DNA of 64,000 nucleotides from Emiliania huxleyi CCMP1516 (Eukaryota): NCBI RefSeq assembly GCF_000372725.1, contig NW_005201092.1, positions 656,564 to 720,563 of the forward strand, read 5' to 3'. Shown piece by piece: positions 22,955 to 33,732 of this stretch (position 1 is its first letter; each line of letters starts with the position of its first letter). The notes under the pieces were generated by a model. It saw only the letters and a program-made list of their open reading frames with translations, ran no database searches and was not told where the DNA came from. The position numbers and the translations under genes were made by a program.

Positions 22955-25755
22955 TCACCACCGAAAGATGGCGTCGAGCCCTTGGGTCGACTGCCACATG
23001 AGCGTGTGGTCGTGTCCGACATTGGGCACCTCGACCATCGAGTGCACAGCCGGCGAGGCGTTGAAGTGCGCCTGCAGCTGCGCGTAGTAGAGGCGGCCGC
23101 GCATCAGCCGGAAGCGCCCCATGAGCTCATCCGCGCACGTTGTCTCGAGCCCGTGCGAGAGGCAGCCGCAGCCGGCGGTCGTCGGGTTGCAGTCGCACGT
23201 GTCGTTGCGGCCTTGCAGGTAGACGACGTCCCGAGCCGCGAAGAGGGCGAGAGCGGCGTTCGTGCCGCCCGGAGTCGAGGCTGCAAACGGCGGCAGCCGC
23301 GACGCGAGCCCCCAGTGCCAGCTGTCGTAGTCGGGGCAGCGCACTCGCGCCGCCGCGTCGGGCAGCGCGAGCCGGCCGCCGCGCCACCGCTCGGGCCCGA
23401 AGTAGGCGTACGAGGACGGGTTGGCGGCGACGTGTCGCACGGCGAAGGGCTGCGGGCGCGGCGGCACGCGCGAGAAGATGGCTGTTCACAGGAGGCTGGC
23501 GTGAAGAGCCGCTGGTCCGGGGGAGGGTTGCAGCAGCTCGTCACACGAGCTCCACCGTGGCGCTGCACGATCTGGCCGCCCGACGAGTGGCCCGCGAGCA
23601 CGACGCGGCGCAGCGATGGGAGGGCGCCGCTCGTCTTTGCCGCGCCGAGCGCGTCCAGCAGCGCGTCGAGCACCTGGAGGCAGTCGAGACGTGTCTACTA
23701 GGAAGTGTCAGGGGAAGCGTCGCGTCTTGCGGCGCAGGACCGCAAAGCTCGAGACGGTGGAGCGGCCTGTCGGTGGGTGGTTCGTGGATGACTGGTGGGT
23801 GGACTGGTGAAGCGGCTGCTCGAGGCGGTGGCGAGACCGTCACGGCTCGCGCGCGGGTCGCTCTCGGCACCGCAGCGCCAGCATCCCTCCGGGAAGGTGC
23901 CGTTCCACCAAACCACGGAGGGCGGTGGTCCGTCCGCCGGCTCCATGAAGCGAGGCGCCAGCACGAGCGCGCGGCCGCCGCCCAGCCCGGCCATCGCCGC
24001 TGCCTGCACGCCCGAGCAAAAGTAGTCGTCGGCGTTGCGCCCGGAGCCGTGCTGCACGATGAGAGCGACCTCCGCCGAGGCCGCCGCATGGTGTCCCACC
24101 GGCCCGAGGTTGGAGTAGTACGGGAAGAGGAGCGGCTGGCCCGGCGGCGCAGCCGGCAGCGCGAGGCGGTGCAGCGGCAGCGCGCCTGCCCCGGCAAGAA
24201 AGTGGGGGCCTCGCTACCCGAGATGGACCGAGGCTCGTCCGAGATAATCCCGAGATCACCTGCCCGGCAGAGATGGTAGCGCAGCTCCCAGCCGGCGGTC
24301 CCCATCGGCAGCGGCACCGCAGCGCCCGGCGCCTCGGCGGCTGCCAGGACCGGGACTGGCTCTGGCCGCGGTCCCGGTGCTGCCTCAGGGATGAACTCCG
24401 GTGCTGCCTCCCTGTCGCCCCTGGCGCGGACACATGCAGGGCCGAAGGAGGGGCGATCGGCGCAGCGGTAGCCACTTGCGCAAGCGGTGCCGTCGCCGCA
24501 GCACACCGCGGCGCCCGCCTCGACGGGCGCGCACCTACAGGCGGCTATCCCCATCTCCTTGTGCGAACCCTCCAGGCACCTTCTCCCGCCGCAAGGGCCG
24601 CGAGCCCGTCGGCACAGCGGTGGGTGTTCGCCGGGCAGACGAAGGCGTCGCGCCGCCGCCGCTGGAAGACCGCCGCCATCATGCCGTAGTAGGTCGGGTG
24701 CGCAGGAGCGGCCGTGAGAGTCGCCGCCCAGGAGGCGTTGAGGGGCCACCACTTCCCGCCCTGTCCGGCCTTCCTCACCTCGGCCTCCGCCGCCGCCTCG
24801 AGCGCCCCGTGCAGCATCGGGAGGCCGAGCCATCCGCACGAGTAGACCTGATAGGGAGGTTGATAGGTGCACCCAGAAGGCTCCTCGAAAGCTCCTCGAA
24901 CCGAGCCCTCCGGAGACCTGGTCCACGAGGGCGGCCGAGTCGCGCAGCAGTGCGCCGGCGTCGAGCCGCGCCGCCCACGTGCCGAGCGCGGCGTCGAAGG
25001 GCGCCGCGTGCGGCGAGAAGCCGAAGGAGGTGTTTCTCCAGTGCGTGTGCGCGAGGTCGGTCGAGACGAGGAGGGCGACCTGTGCTCACAGAGGGACAGG
25101 TTTCGAGAAGGTTCCGAGAAGGCTCAAGGAAGGGTCTTGCTCGCGACGAGGCGGGAGAGGTCGCCCGCTTGCTGGACGCCTCGAGAAGGCGGCCGAGGTC
25201 GCGGCCGAGCTGGAGGAAGCCGGTCGCGACGGCAGACGAGAGGTTGTACCGCGACAGCGGGAGACCGAGCGTGACGAGAGGCGGCAAGCAGTGGGCAGCG
25301 GAGGCATTTGCCACGTAGCTGAGGGCGAGCACTTCGCCCCAGTGGAGTGGCATGGGCAGGACTCCGTTCCAGCCACGCTGCAGAGTCACGTTGTGCCTCG
25401 CGGAGAGGACGTCCATGATCTGCTGTGCAAGCCCGGCGTCCGTTTGGCCGTCGAGCGAGACCGGGTAAAGCTTGCGAGGGCTGGCGGGGCCAAATGACTC
25501 CTGGAGGTCTCGGCCCACGGTCGCGACGCCCTGTAGCGCCGCGTTCTGATAGATTCCGACGTCCCAGCTTGTCTGAAGCCCGTGAGGTGTAGTGAGCACG
25601 ATCGCATCGGGCGCAGCGTCGGCCAGCAGCCGGCCGGCGAGCAGCGAGCCTCGGTGAAGGCCGTCGGCGGCGGCACGAGAGGTGGGGTTGGAGAGGAGCG
25701 ACGGATCAAAGGCGAAATCGCCGTGAGGCAGGACCGCGGCAGCGACAAGAGGCAT
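22955..25755 (-). CDS. Multi-exon gene: LigB/class III extradiol dioxygenase-like domain, Cys-rich (granulin-like) linker, alpha/beta hydrolase
   Basis: AVLPHG, IVLTTPHG, LHWGE, VSTDLAHTH and PTYYGM (LigB-like); VCCGDGTACASGYRC; IVQHGSGRNADDY, VLAGHSSGGQ, ANPSSY and VPNVGHDH (hydrolase). The fusion depends on an inferred intron. Confidence 0.7.
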
Positions 25756-25859
25756 GACGAAACGGCGACGGTTGAGCGCGGACCTGACAGTGGGAGGGAA
25801 GGGCGTGTAGCGCAAAGCGACCGACTCCTAGGTACTCGAGTACCCGGGTGAGGTACTCC

Positions 25860-27249
25860 CTGCTCGTCCTGAATTCACACACACTGTGTTCACACGTGTT
25901 TCCCCCCCCCACCACACACACACACACACACACGGACGTACGCATACGAACCGCATTATGACACAGATTCGAGACTCGAACTCGAACTGGGGTCTCGAGG
26001 TTCGATCGAGTGGACGCCATCGGTTATAACCGACCAAGTTTGGTCATAGTTGACCACTCGGGCACCAAACTTGGAAATGCGGCGTCGAAGGAGATATGTT
26101 GAGATAGAGATCGTGTCTCGTCTAAGTAAGTGTGTGGGGGGAATTGACCACTCGGGCAAAATCGGCCGAGCCACAAGCGGAGTGGCGGCTGGCCGATTTA
26201 AGTGGGGGGACTTTTTGTATTTCTTTCTTTAATGGTGTGAGAAGTAAAAACCCGTTCAGAGCATCCGAGTGAAGAGACGCTACATGAGTGGGGGCCTCGA
26301 GCTTCCCGGCGGCCCGGGGTCAAGGGCCGCGCGGGAGGAGGAGGCACGCTTACCCATCACCAGGGCCACCCCGGGGGTTCACCAGGGGGTAGAGGCGGAA
26401 GCGGCGAGTGAAGCCCCTTCCCGCCGAGGGCCCGCACCCAAGGGCGCAGAGGCGGAGGCGGCATGGGAAGCTGCCGCGAGCCGCCTTGCCCCCTCGGGCG
26501 TCAGCGGCGCGCTTGCGCCCCCGCAGGTGTCTTTCGCGGTGTGCATCGGCTAACCGTTGAGGGGGTGATCTGCTCGTCCTGAATTCACACACACTGTGTT
26601 CACACGTGTTTCCCCCCCCCACCACACACACACACACACACACGGACGTACGCATACGAACCGCATTATGACACAGATTCGAGACTCGAACTCGAACTGG
26701 GGTCTCGAGGTTCGATCGAGTGGACGCCATCGGTTATAACCGACCAAGTTTGGTCATAGTTGACCACTCGGGCACCAAACTTGGAAATGCGGCGTCGAAG
26801 GAGATATGTTGAGATAGAGATCGTGTCTCGTCTAAGTAAGTGTGTGGGGGGAATTGACCACTCGGGCAAAATCGGCCGAGCCACAAGCGGAGTGGCGGCT
26901 GGCCGATTTAAGTGGGGGGACTTTTTGTATTTCTTTCTTTAATGGTGTGAGAAGTAAAAACCCGTTCAGAGCATCCGAGTGAAGAGACGCTACATGAGTG
27001 GGGGCCTCGAGCTTCCCGGCGGCCCGGGGTCAAGGGCCGCGCGGGAGGAGGAGGCACGCTTACCCATCACCAGGGCCACCCCGGGGGTTCACCAGGGGGT
27101 AGAGGCGGAAGCGGCGAGTGAAGCCCCTTCCCGCCGAGGGCCCGCACCCAAGGGCGCAGAGGCGGAGGCGGCATGGGAAGCTGCCGCGAGCCGCCTTGCC
27201 CCCTCGGGCGTCAGCGGCGCGCTTGCGCCCCCGCAGGTGTCTTTCGCGG
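25860..27249. repeat. Near-perfect tandem duplication of 680 bp (25860-26539 and 26570-27249)
   Basis: Identical sequence at offset 710 with a 30-bp spacer. Confidence 0.95.
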
Positions 27250-27934
27250 GGGACCGAGCCAAGCGCCAGAAAGTGGAGACTTCCGGGAACCTTCTCTTAT
27301 CAGAGACCTCGGGAGGGCAGCATGGCTTCACAGTGTACGCTGACGGCCCGCACCGGCAGGGAGGCGGCGCTGACCGCCTCCCCCGCCTGGAGATCGTGCA
27401 GACTCCGACCCCAGTAGAGTAGGGGGGGTACGGTTTGCGGTACGAAAGTGTGAACAGGTTGGAGCAGCAGCTCCTGAGCACGGCGCCGCAGGCGCCTGTT
27501 GATAGGTCCAGGTGATAGCCACGCCTAGTTGGGCCTCAGATCGCCCGACCGCGTCCCGGTGCTCTGCGTCGGATTTGTGACTCCGCCGCACCGCGCGTCC
27601 GCGCCGCGGCCCGAGGGATCTACAACGCTGTCTTAAGGTCCGACCTGTGGGCTCCGGCCTGCGCTCGGCACCGGGCACCGCCTCGGTATACAAAATGCGC
27701 CTGCGGGCGGACCCTCACAGATCACAGATCACTAACATCGAAGGCTACCCGGTCCTTTCCCGCCCTCCGCCTCTTCCGCCACGCCCCCCCCCCCCCTCCC
27801 TCTCCGCCGCCGCCCGCCGCCCCTCCGCCTCTCCCTCGCCGAAGTAAAAGTCGCTTGGTCCCTCACCCTAGGCTTCGCGGCACTCTGTCTCGAACACTGG
27901 AGAGTGCCCGGCCCTGCCTGTGGCTCGCGACCTG

Positions 27935-29531
27935 ATGAAGAAGACAGCGAAGAAGACAGCGAAGAAGACGGCCGAGCGGCCCATCATGAGTGGCAGCAGC
28001 AGCGCTTGCAAGTCCAGGAAAGGCGCCGTCGAGAAGCAGACGCAGCGGAAGCGGCACCAGCGCGAGACCATCGCGGTCGACGTGGACGGCGACACCGTCG
28101 TGCTCGACGCAGCCTTCACTCAGGCGGTGCTCAAAGTGTCCGTCCTCCGTGCCGCCCGCGTTCACGCCCGCTTCGTCCAGCGCGTCGATCGGGAAAGGCT
28201 CGCCGGCTTCAAGAGCTACTTCTTCCGCGAGACAGACAGGCACACCATGTACTACGTGCGTGGCCGTCTGCACATGCTGCACGCGATGCGCAAGAAGCGC
28301 CCGTCCTCGCCAATGTCGGAGGACGTCGGCGTGCTCAGTGCCGACGAGGCGGAGGCCGTCGTCTTCTCCACCTTTGTGTACCGCCTGTACAACAGGCTGG
28401 ACACCGTCGTGCGCTGGGCGCTGCTGCGCCGGCACGTGGCCGACGCCGGGCACGATCCGGACACGGAGGCTGAGCCGGGCAGGTGGGAGGAGGCGCTGGA
28501 GCAGCTGACGGAGGAGGAGCTCGACGAGGTGCACTGCGCTCAGCGCTGCTGGAGCCCGTGCCGCGGCGGCCGCCGGGTCGAGCCGCGGGCTGTTCGCGCC
28601 GTGGCGGTGCAGCCGGGGCAGCTCTCCGGCTTTTTCGCCTGCGTCGAGGCGCTCCGCCGGCGCGGCATCAAGGTCTTCACCGGCCAGCACCAGGTGCAGG
28701 GCAGCGAGCGCACGCGCGCCGCCCTCGAGTCGCTGCTGGAGCAAGGCGGCGACGGCCGGACGGCTCTCTCGCGTCTGACGCGAGACCTGCGCGATCTCCC
28801 GGCGGCCGAGGCGGCGGGCGGCGCGAGCGTCGCGGCGAGAGCGTGCGCGCTGCTTGGCGCGGTGCCGGCGGTGGGCCCGTTCTTGCAGTACCAGCTACTG
28901 CTCGACCTCATCGAGCCGCGGCACTCGATCTTCCGAGGCACAAGCTGTCGGCCGCCGAGTCGCTGGGAACCCTCTCGGAACCTTCTTGGAACCTTCTCTA
29001 GGCACTGGCGCGCCCGCCGAGGCGGGCATCGCCGCCGGCCGCTTCCAATACGCGCAGTTTGGAAACGGCCGCGCTCACCTCCACGCCCACTTCCCCTCGC
29101 GCCGGTCACATCCGTGACTTGTCCGTGCGCCATGTCTCAAAGGCTCGCTGGGCGGCGCCGGGCTCGTGGCGTGTGGCAAAGCCGGCGCGTTCAAGGGCGC
29201 CGCCGGCCAGCAGGAGGCTCGCCGCGTCGCACGCGCGCTCGTGCGGTACGGCGGCGGAGGCGAGGGCGGCGGCGAGGCGGCACCTCTCGGACCCGAGTGG
29301 GCCGAATCGCTGGAGGGGCTGTGCCCATTGCCGGAGGGAGTGGCCAGCCACCTGCCCGGCGGCGCCGCCGTCGGCTGGGACATGCAGGCGGTCGAGAACG
29401 TGCTGTGCGGCATCCACGGCAAGAAGACGCCGGCTGCGATCGTCGCTTCTGCCGCAAACGAAGGCAAGCCGTGGGCGCCGAACCCGTGCACGGACTGCGA
29501 GTACGATGACTTGTACGGCGGCGTGGGCTGA
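27935..29531 (+). CDS. aGPT-pyrophosphorylase clade 1 / '5-hmdU DNA kinase helical domain'-like protein; 2 GC-AG introns
   Basis: FRETDRHT, VVFSTFVYRLYNRLDT, KVFTGQH, VGPFLQYQLLLDL, FGNGSLGG and AVENVLC match the motif order of that HhH-glycosylase-fold family as recalled from knowledge. Confidence 0.65.
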
Positions 29532-29662
29532 TTGTGCGCGCGAGAGAATACAGATAGCGAGGACACAGTCCGTCGAAGGGCGAATGTGATAGGTTTCATC
29601 TACGATCTAGGTGAAGGTGTTAGAGAGCTTAGAGAAAAATAAAGAGAGAAGAGCGACGCAGC

Positions 29663-30064
29663 TAAGGAAGGCGTAAAATATTGAATATATTGCTCCAATA
29701 GTTAGAGATGCGATCAATATCAATATATATATGGCAATAGTTAGAGGAGAGACTGGGCCTGGGCTGGTCAGGACCGTCAGGTGGGTCTCCATCCTGGGCT
29801 TGAAAGTGGCTCTAAATCGTTAAAAACGGGCCGAAATCGCTTCGAAATCGCTTAAACCGCATTAAAAATCGCCCCCCTTGAACTCGCGATTTTTTCGATT
29901 TCAGCCCACATCTAGGCAATGTTTGGGACAAATGTCGACATTGGTGCTTTTGGAGGTTATCAGCGATCAATATGTCAATATATTGTCAATAGTTAGAGGG
30001 GATGCTGTCAATAATCAATATCAATAGTTAGAGGGGCGAGAATCAATATTTTACGCCTTCCTTA
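29663..30064. mobile_element. AT-rich hAT-like MITE (402 bp)
   Basis: Perfect 22-bp TIR TAAGGAAGGCGTAAAATATTGA, 8-bp TSD GACGCAGC (29655-29662, 30065-30072), internal AATAGTTAGAG repeats. Confidence 0.9.
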
Positions 30065-31305
30065 GACGCAGCCATGCGCGCCGCACACTTGTGCATCGGA
30101 AAGGGAGCGGGGTGGTGTGGAGAATGTCTCAGGGAACAGCTCAGAGGCCAGAGCAGGCGCGCGGACGCGTGTCGGGTGTCGCGTGATCTGTGAACACCTC
30201 TCCCACCGTGCCGGATTTCACGCAACCTAGATCTGGAGGCTCTACAACGGCCCCTCCGTACTCACACGCGGCTCGGGCCTCGGCCTGGGAAAAATGATGA
30301 TTTCCGCACGGAGTTTTTCCTTGAGAAACTAGAGGGAACGAGATGCAGATGGTCCGCCGAACACGAGGAAAAGAAAAAGTACGGACGGAGCCTTTGCTTC
30401 CTTCGGGAATGCTTCGTTCGGGAACCATCAGTCTAGAGAACACGTCTCCACTAGAGAACACGTCTCCACTGCCCGTCTACTAAACACAGACTCTAGAGGT
30501 GCAAGGGAAGGCGCATGACGGGTACATGGTGACGGGGAGACACGCTGCCGCCACCATCAGAAATTAGAGTAGGGGAGAGAGAACACGTCGGCGCTTGTGG
30601 ACGACACGCGCACTGGCACTGTACGCGCGCCACAGACCAGCCGAACTTGATCTTGGCAGCTTTGACTCACGCCCTGCAGACGCGGGTGAGAGGCACGCGG
30701 GCTGACTCCGTTCCTGCAAGGCAGCAATCCGCCCCGGAGGGATCGCGATCCGCATCGTTGATGCACTGGCCCACCGCAACACCTGGCTTTTTGTAGACAA
30801 ATGGCGTGCAGTAGAGCTCGATCTCCGCGCAGTTCTCGCTGTGGCATGTCAATCCAGTCACGACCGACCCTTCGGCGCGTGTAGCGTGGTTGCGGGTGTG
30901 TGAGCCTGGCTTTGCAGCGGTGCGGGTGGAGAAATCCCGGCCATCGTTTGAGATCTTTCCCGTCTTTGTCTTCCTGTCGCTGTCGAGATAGACGTATTCA
31001 GCAGTCTGGCAACGGAACTGAATGTTGTTGCACTGATCGCCGTGGCACTGGAGTTGAGTGACATAGGCATTTCCCGACATGAAGTTGCTGCAATGCATCT
31101 CGTGGTTGTGGTCGGTCGAGACCATCGGACTCCAACCAGAGGCGTGCCAATCTCCGGCGTAAGCGTTGCGATCGATGGGCGCGTGCGGGTAGAAGAGCAC
31201 CCGCTTGTCGTCACAGTGGTGGCCGGAGCAGTGCATGCCGGCAACAGGGGCGCCAGTCATAGCGGACCAACGGTTCTCCTCTGAGAAGAAGCCAGACCAG
31301 GTGCA

Positions 31306-32496
31306 AAAAAAAAAGTAATATATCTTTACTTCCAAAACCCGGACGTGCCTCCACCGGCACGCCGCTTCCGACAGGGTGATGGAAGGTTCGACGCACCCCC
31401 GGACTGGGCAGAGAGGTCCCAACGTAAAGACGATGGGCTGTCCACCCCGCCCCCACTTGCCCTGACTGCACAGGATAGCGTGCCCCGACAAACGGCGACA
31501 CATAGCGGGGGACACTGCGCCGGGGGGTATGCCTAACTTTGGTGCTTTGTGTGGGTCGCGTTCCCATGGTAGTTGTGTGGCTGAAGCCCTCGTGCCGCTG
31601 GCTTGCCCCTTCCAGCGGCTGGCCCCTCGAGACTGTCGGTGCTTGGCGGGAGGAGGGGGAGAGGGAGGCCCGGTGGGAGGAGAGGGAGAGGGAGGCCCGG
31701 TGGGAGGGGAGGGAGAGGGAGGCCGTCTTGGGCTCTTCTCCTCCCCCCTCCCTGGGCTCTTCTCCTCTCCCCACCCTGGGCTCTTCTCCCCTCCTCCCTG
31801 GTACTCTCTCGGCCTGATTACCGGAGCGACTGCCGGAGCAGACGCTGGGGGGACACTCGCGCCCGGAGGCGGTACGCACGACCCGGAGGCGTGGGGATGG
31901 GGGGGGGGCGCGCCGCCGCCGCCGTGCCGCCTTCTCCCGCCTTGACCTCCCCCAGCTGCTTCTCCTCAAATCAACCTGTGAGCTTGCGAGGCGGCGGGGG
32001 TGGGAGTGCTCTCGGGCGGCGTGTGCGAGCGCGCGCGGCGCGAGATCTCTTTCGCGAGGGCACGGTGGGTCGGGTGAGTATCTCGCGCGCTCTCACTATT
32101 TCACGTTATATCAAACACTGCCTTTGATGCCTTTGCAAGAACCGCCAGCGGCGGTGGTCGAACCGGTTCGCGGTTCGAGCCGGGACCTTTTGGCTCCCGG
32201 TTCGGAACTCGCTTGGAGGGTTGCTTCGCTCTCGCGGAGCGAGCGCGGGCGCGTGGGTGCGTGTGCGCGTGCGCTGCTGCAAGGCGAGGCGAGGCGAGGC
32301 GCGGGGCGGCGCGGCGCGGCGAGGCGGGCGGCGGCGGCGCGCGGTCGTTCTTTTTGCCCGGGTGAGGCGTGGCTTGCGCGCCGCGCGGTGATGACGCAGC
32401 ACGCTGAAAAGTCCTTGGTGAGCCACCGCGGTGGCAGCGAGCCAAAGCAAGCCACCTGCCGCATGACGGGTTGACCCAGCGCGTCTCTTTTTTTCT
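31306..32496 (-). mobile_element. 1.19-kb non-autonomous retro-type insertion
   Basis: 15-bp TSD GCCAGACCAGGTGCA (31291-31305, 32497-32511), A/T homopolymer ends, related sequence at about 54587-54741. Confidence 0.8.
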
Positions 32497-32522
32497 GCCA
32501 GACCAGGTGCATGAATCGGAGC

Positions 32523-33732
32523 CAGGGTTCGGACTTTTTGCGGGGTATGGTATGGTAGGGTCGGCGCCCTGGCGCCGCGACCATACCCCCCCACCCGCAC
32601 AGGACGTCGCCTCTGGCCAGCAGGACCATACCCCCCCACCCCCCACCCCACCACACGAGCGCGTACAGTAACCGTCGTGTTAGGCCGTCCGGTCGTGCGG
32701 CACGTGTTCGCGCGATGCAGTCTGCGCGAGGTGACCCGCCGGCAATCGTGCTCACCCCTCAGAGCATGTCCGCAAAGGCCGCCAGGGCCTTGCGTGCCGG
32801 CGCAGGCGCGGGCGCAGGCGCGGGCGCAGGCCGGTGCGAGCGCGGGCGCGGGCGCGGGCGCGGTCTCCGCCGGCGCCGCCTCCGCCATGGTCACCTCGGG
32901 CGCGGGCGCGGGCGCGGTCTCCGCCGGCGCCGCCTCCGCCATGGTCACCTCCGCTGGAACCATGGTCACCTCCGCTGGAACGGCCTCCGCCTCCGCCGCC
33001 TCCGCTGGCGCCACCTCCGCCTCCGCCATCGCACGCCGCCCTCCGCGCCATAGCTGGCCAAAGGCACGCGCACGAGCGGTACGCGCGCCAACAGCTCATG
33101 CCCCGCGCGCTTCGCGAGCCACGACGGCGATTTGAATCGAAAGGCAGAATCAAAGACATCGGCATCGAGCGCCGCGTTGAGGTCCGAGAAGAAGGTGGAG
33201 CGCGCGTGGACGAGACTCGCGCAGGCCTCGCGATAGAGCATCGGTCCGTCCTGCAGGACCATCGTGGCGACAGTTTTGAGCGCCTTCAGCTTGCTGAGAT
33301 CGTGGTCGTCGCCACGGAAAGCGTCGCTTGTCGGAAGCCTCCCGTCCATCATGCGGACGGCATGCGGTGCAATCACAGCGTCGAGCTGTGCGATGCAAGA
33401 CGCAAGCGTACCAGCGCAGCAGCTGCGCACAGCGGCGCGCTCGGCGTCGTCGGGCAGCGAGCTGTCCAGGAGCCGAAGTTGAGGCGGCGTCGCGGCGAGA
33501 AGGCCCGCGACAGTATCGAAGCGGCCGGGGCCGCCGTGAGTCGGCATCGTGTCTGCGGCTGTGTACGGCGGCTGTGTACTGGGTTCGAACCCTGTTGTAA
33601 CGTGGCCGCTCCAGCGATTGACCATACCCCCCCACCCGTCGAGCAGGCCGCCTCCGGCGGCCAGGACCATACCCCCCCACCCTTTTGGCGCCGACCCTAC
33701 CATACCTTACCCCGCAAAAAGTTGGAATCCAG
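32523..33732. mobile_element. Non-autonomous TIR element carrying a captured ORF fragment
   Basis: About 36-bp inverted repeat ACTTTTTGCGGGGTA(T/A)GGTATGGTAGGGTCGGCGCC (from 32533; ending 33722) and four GACCATACCCCCCCACCC subterminal motifs. No TSD seen. Confidence 0.7.
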
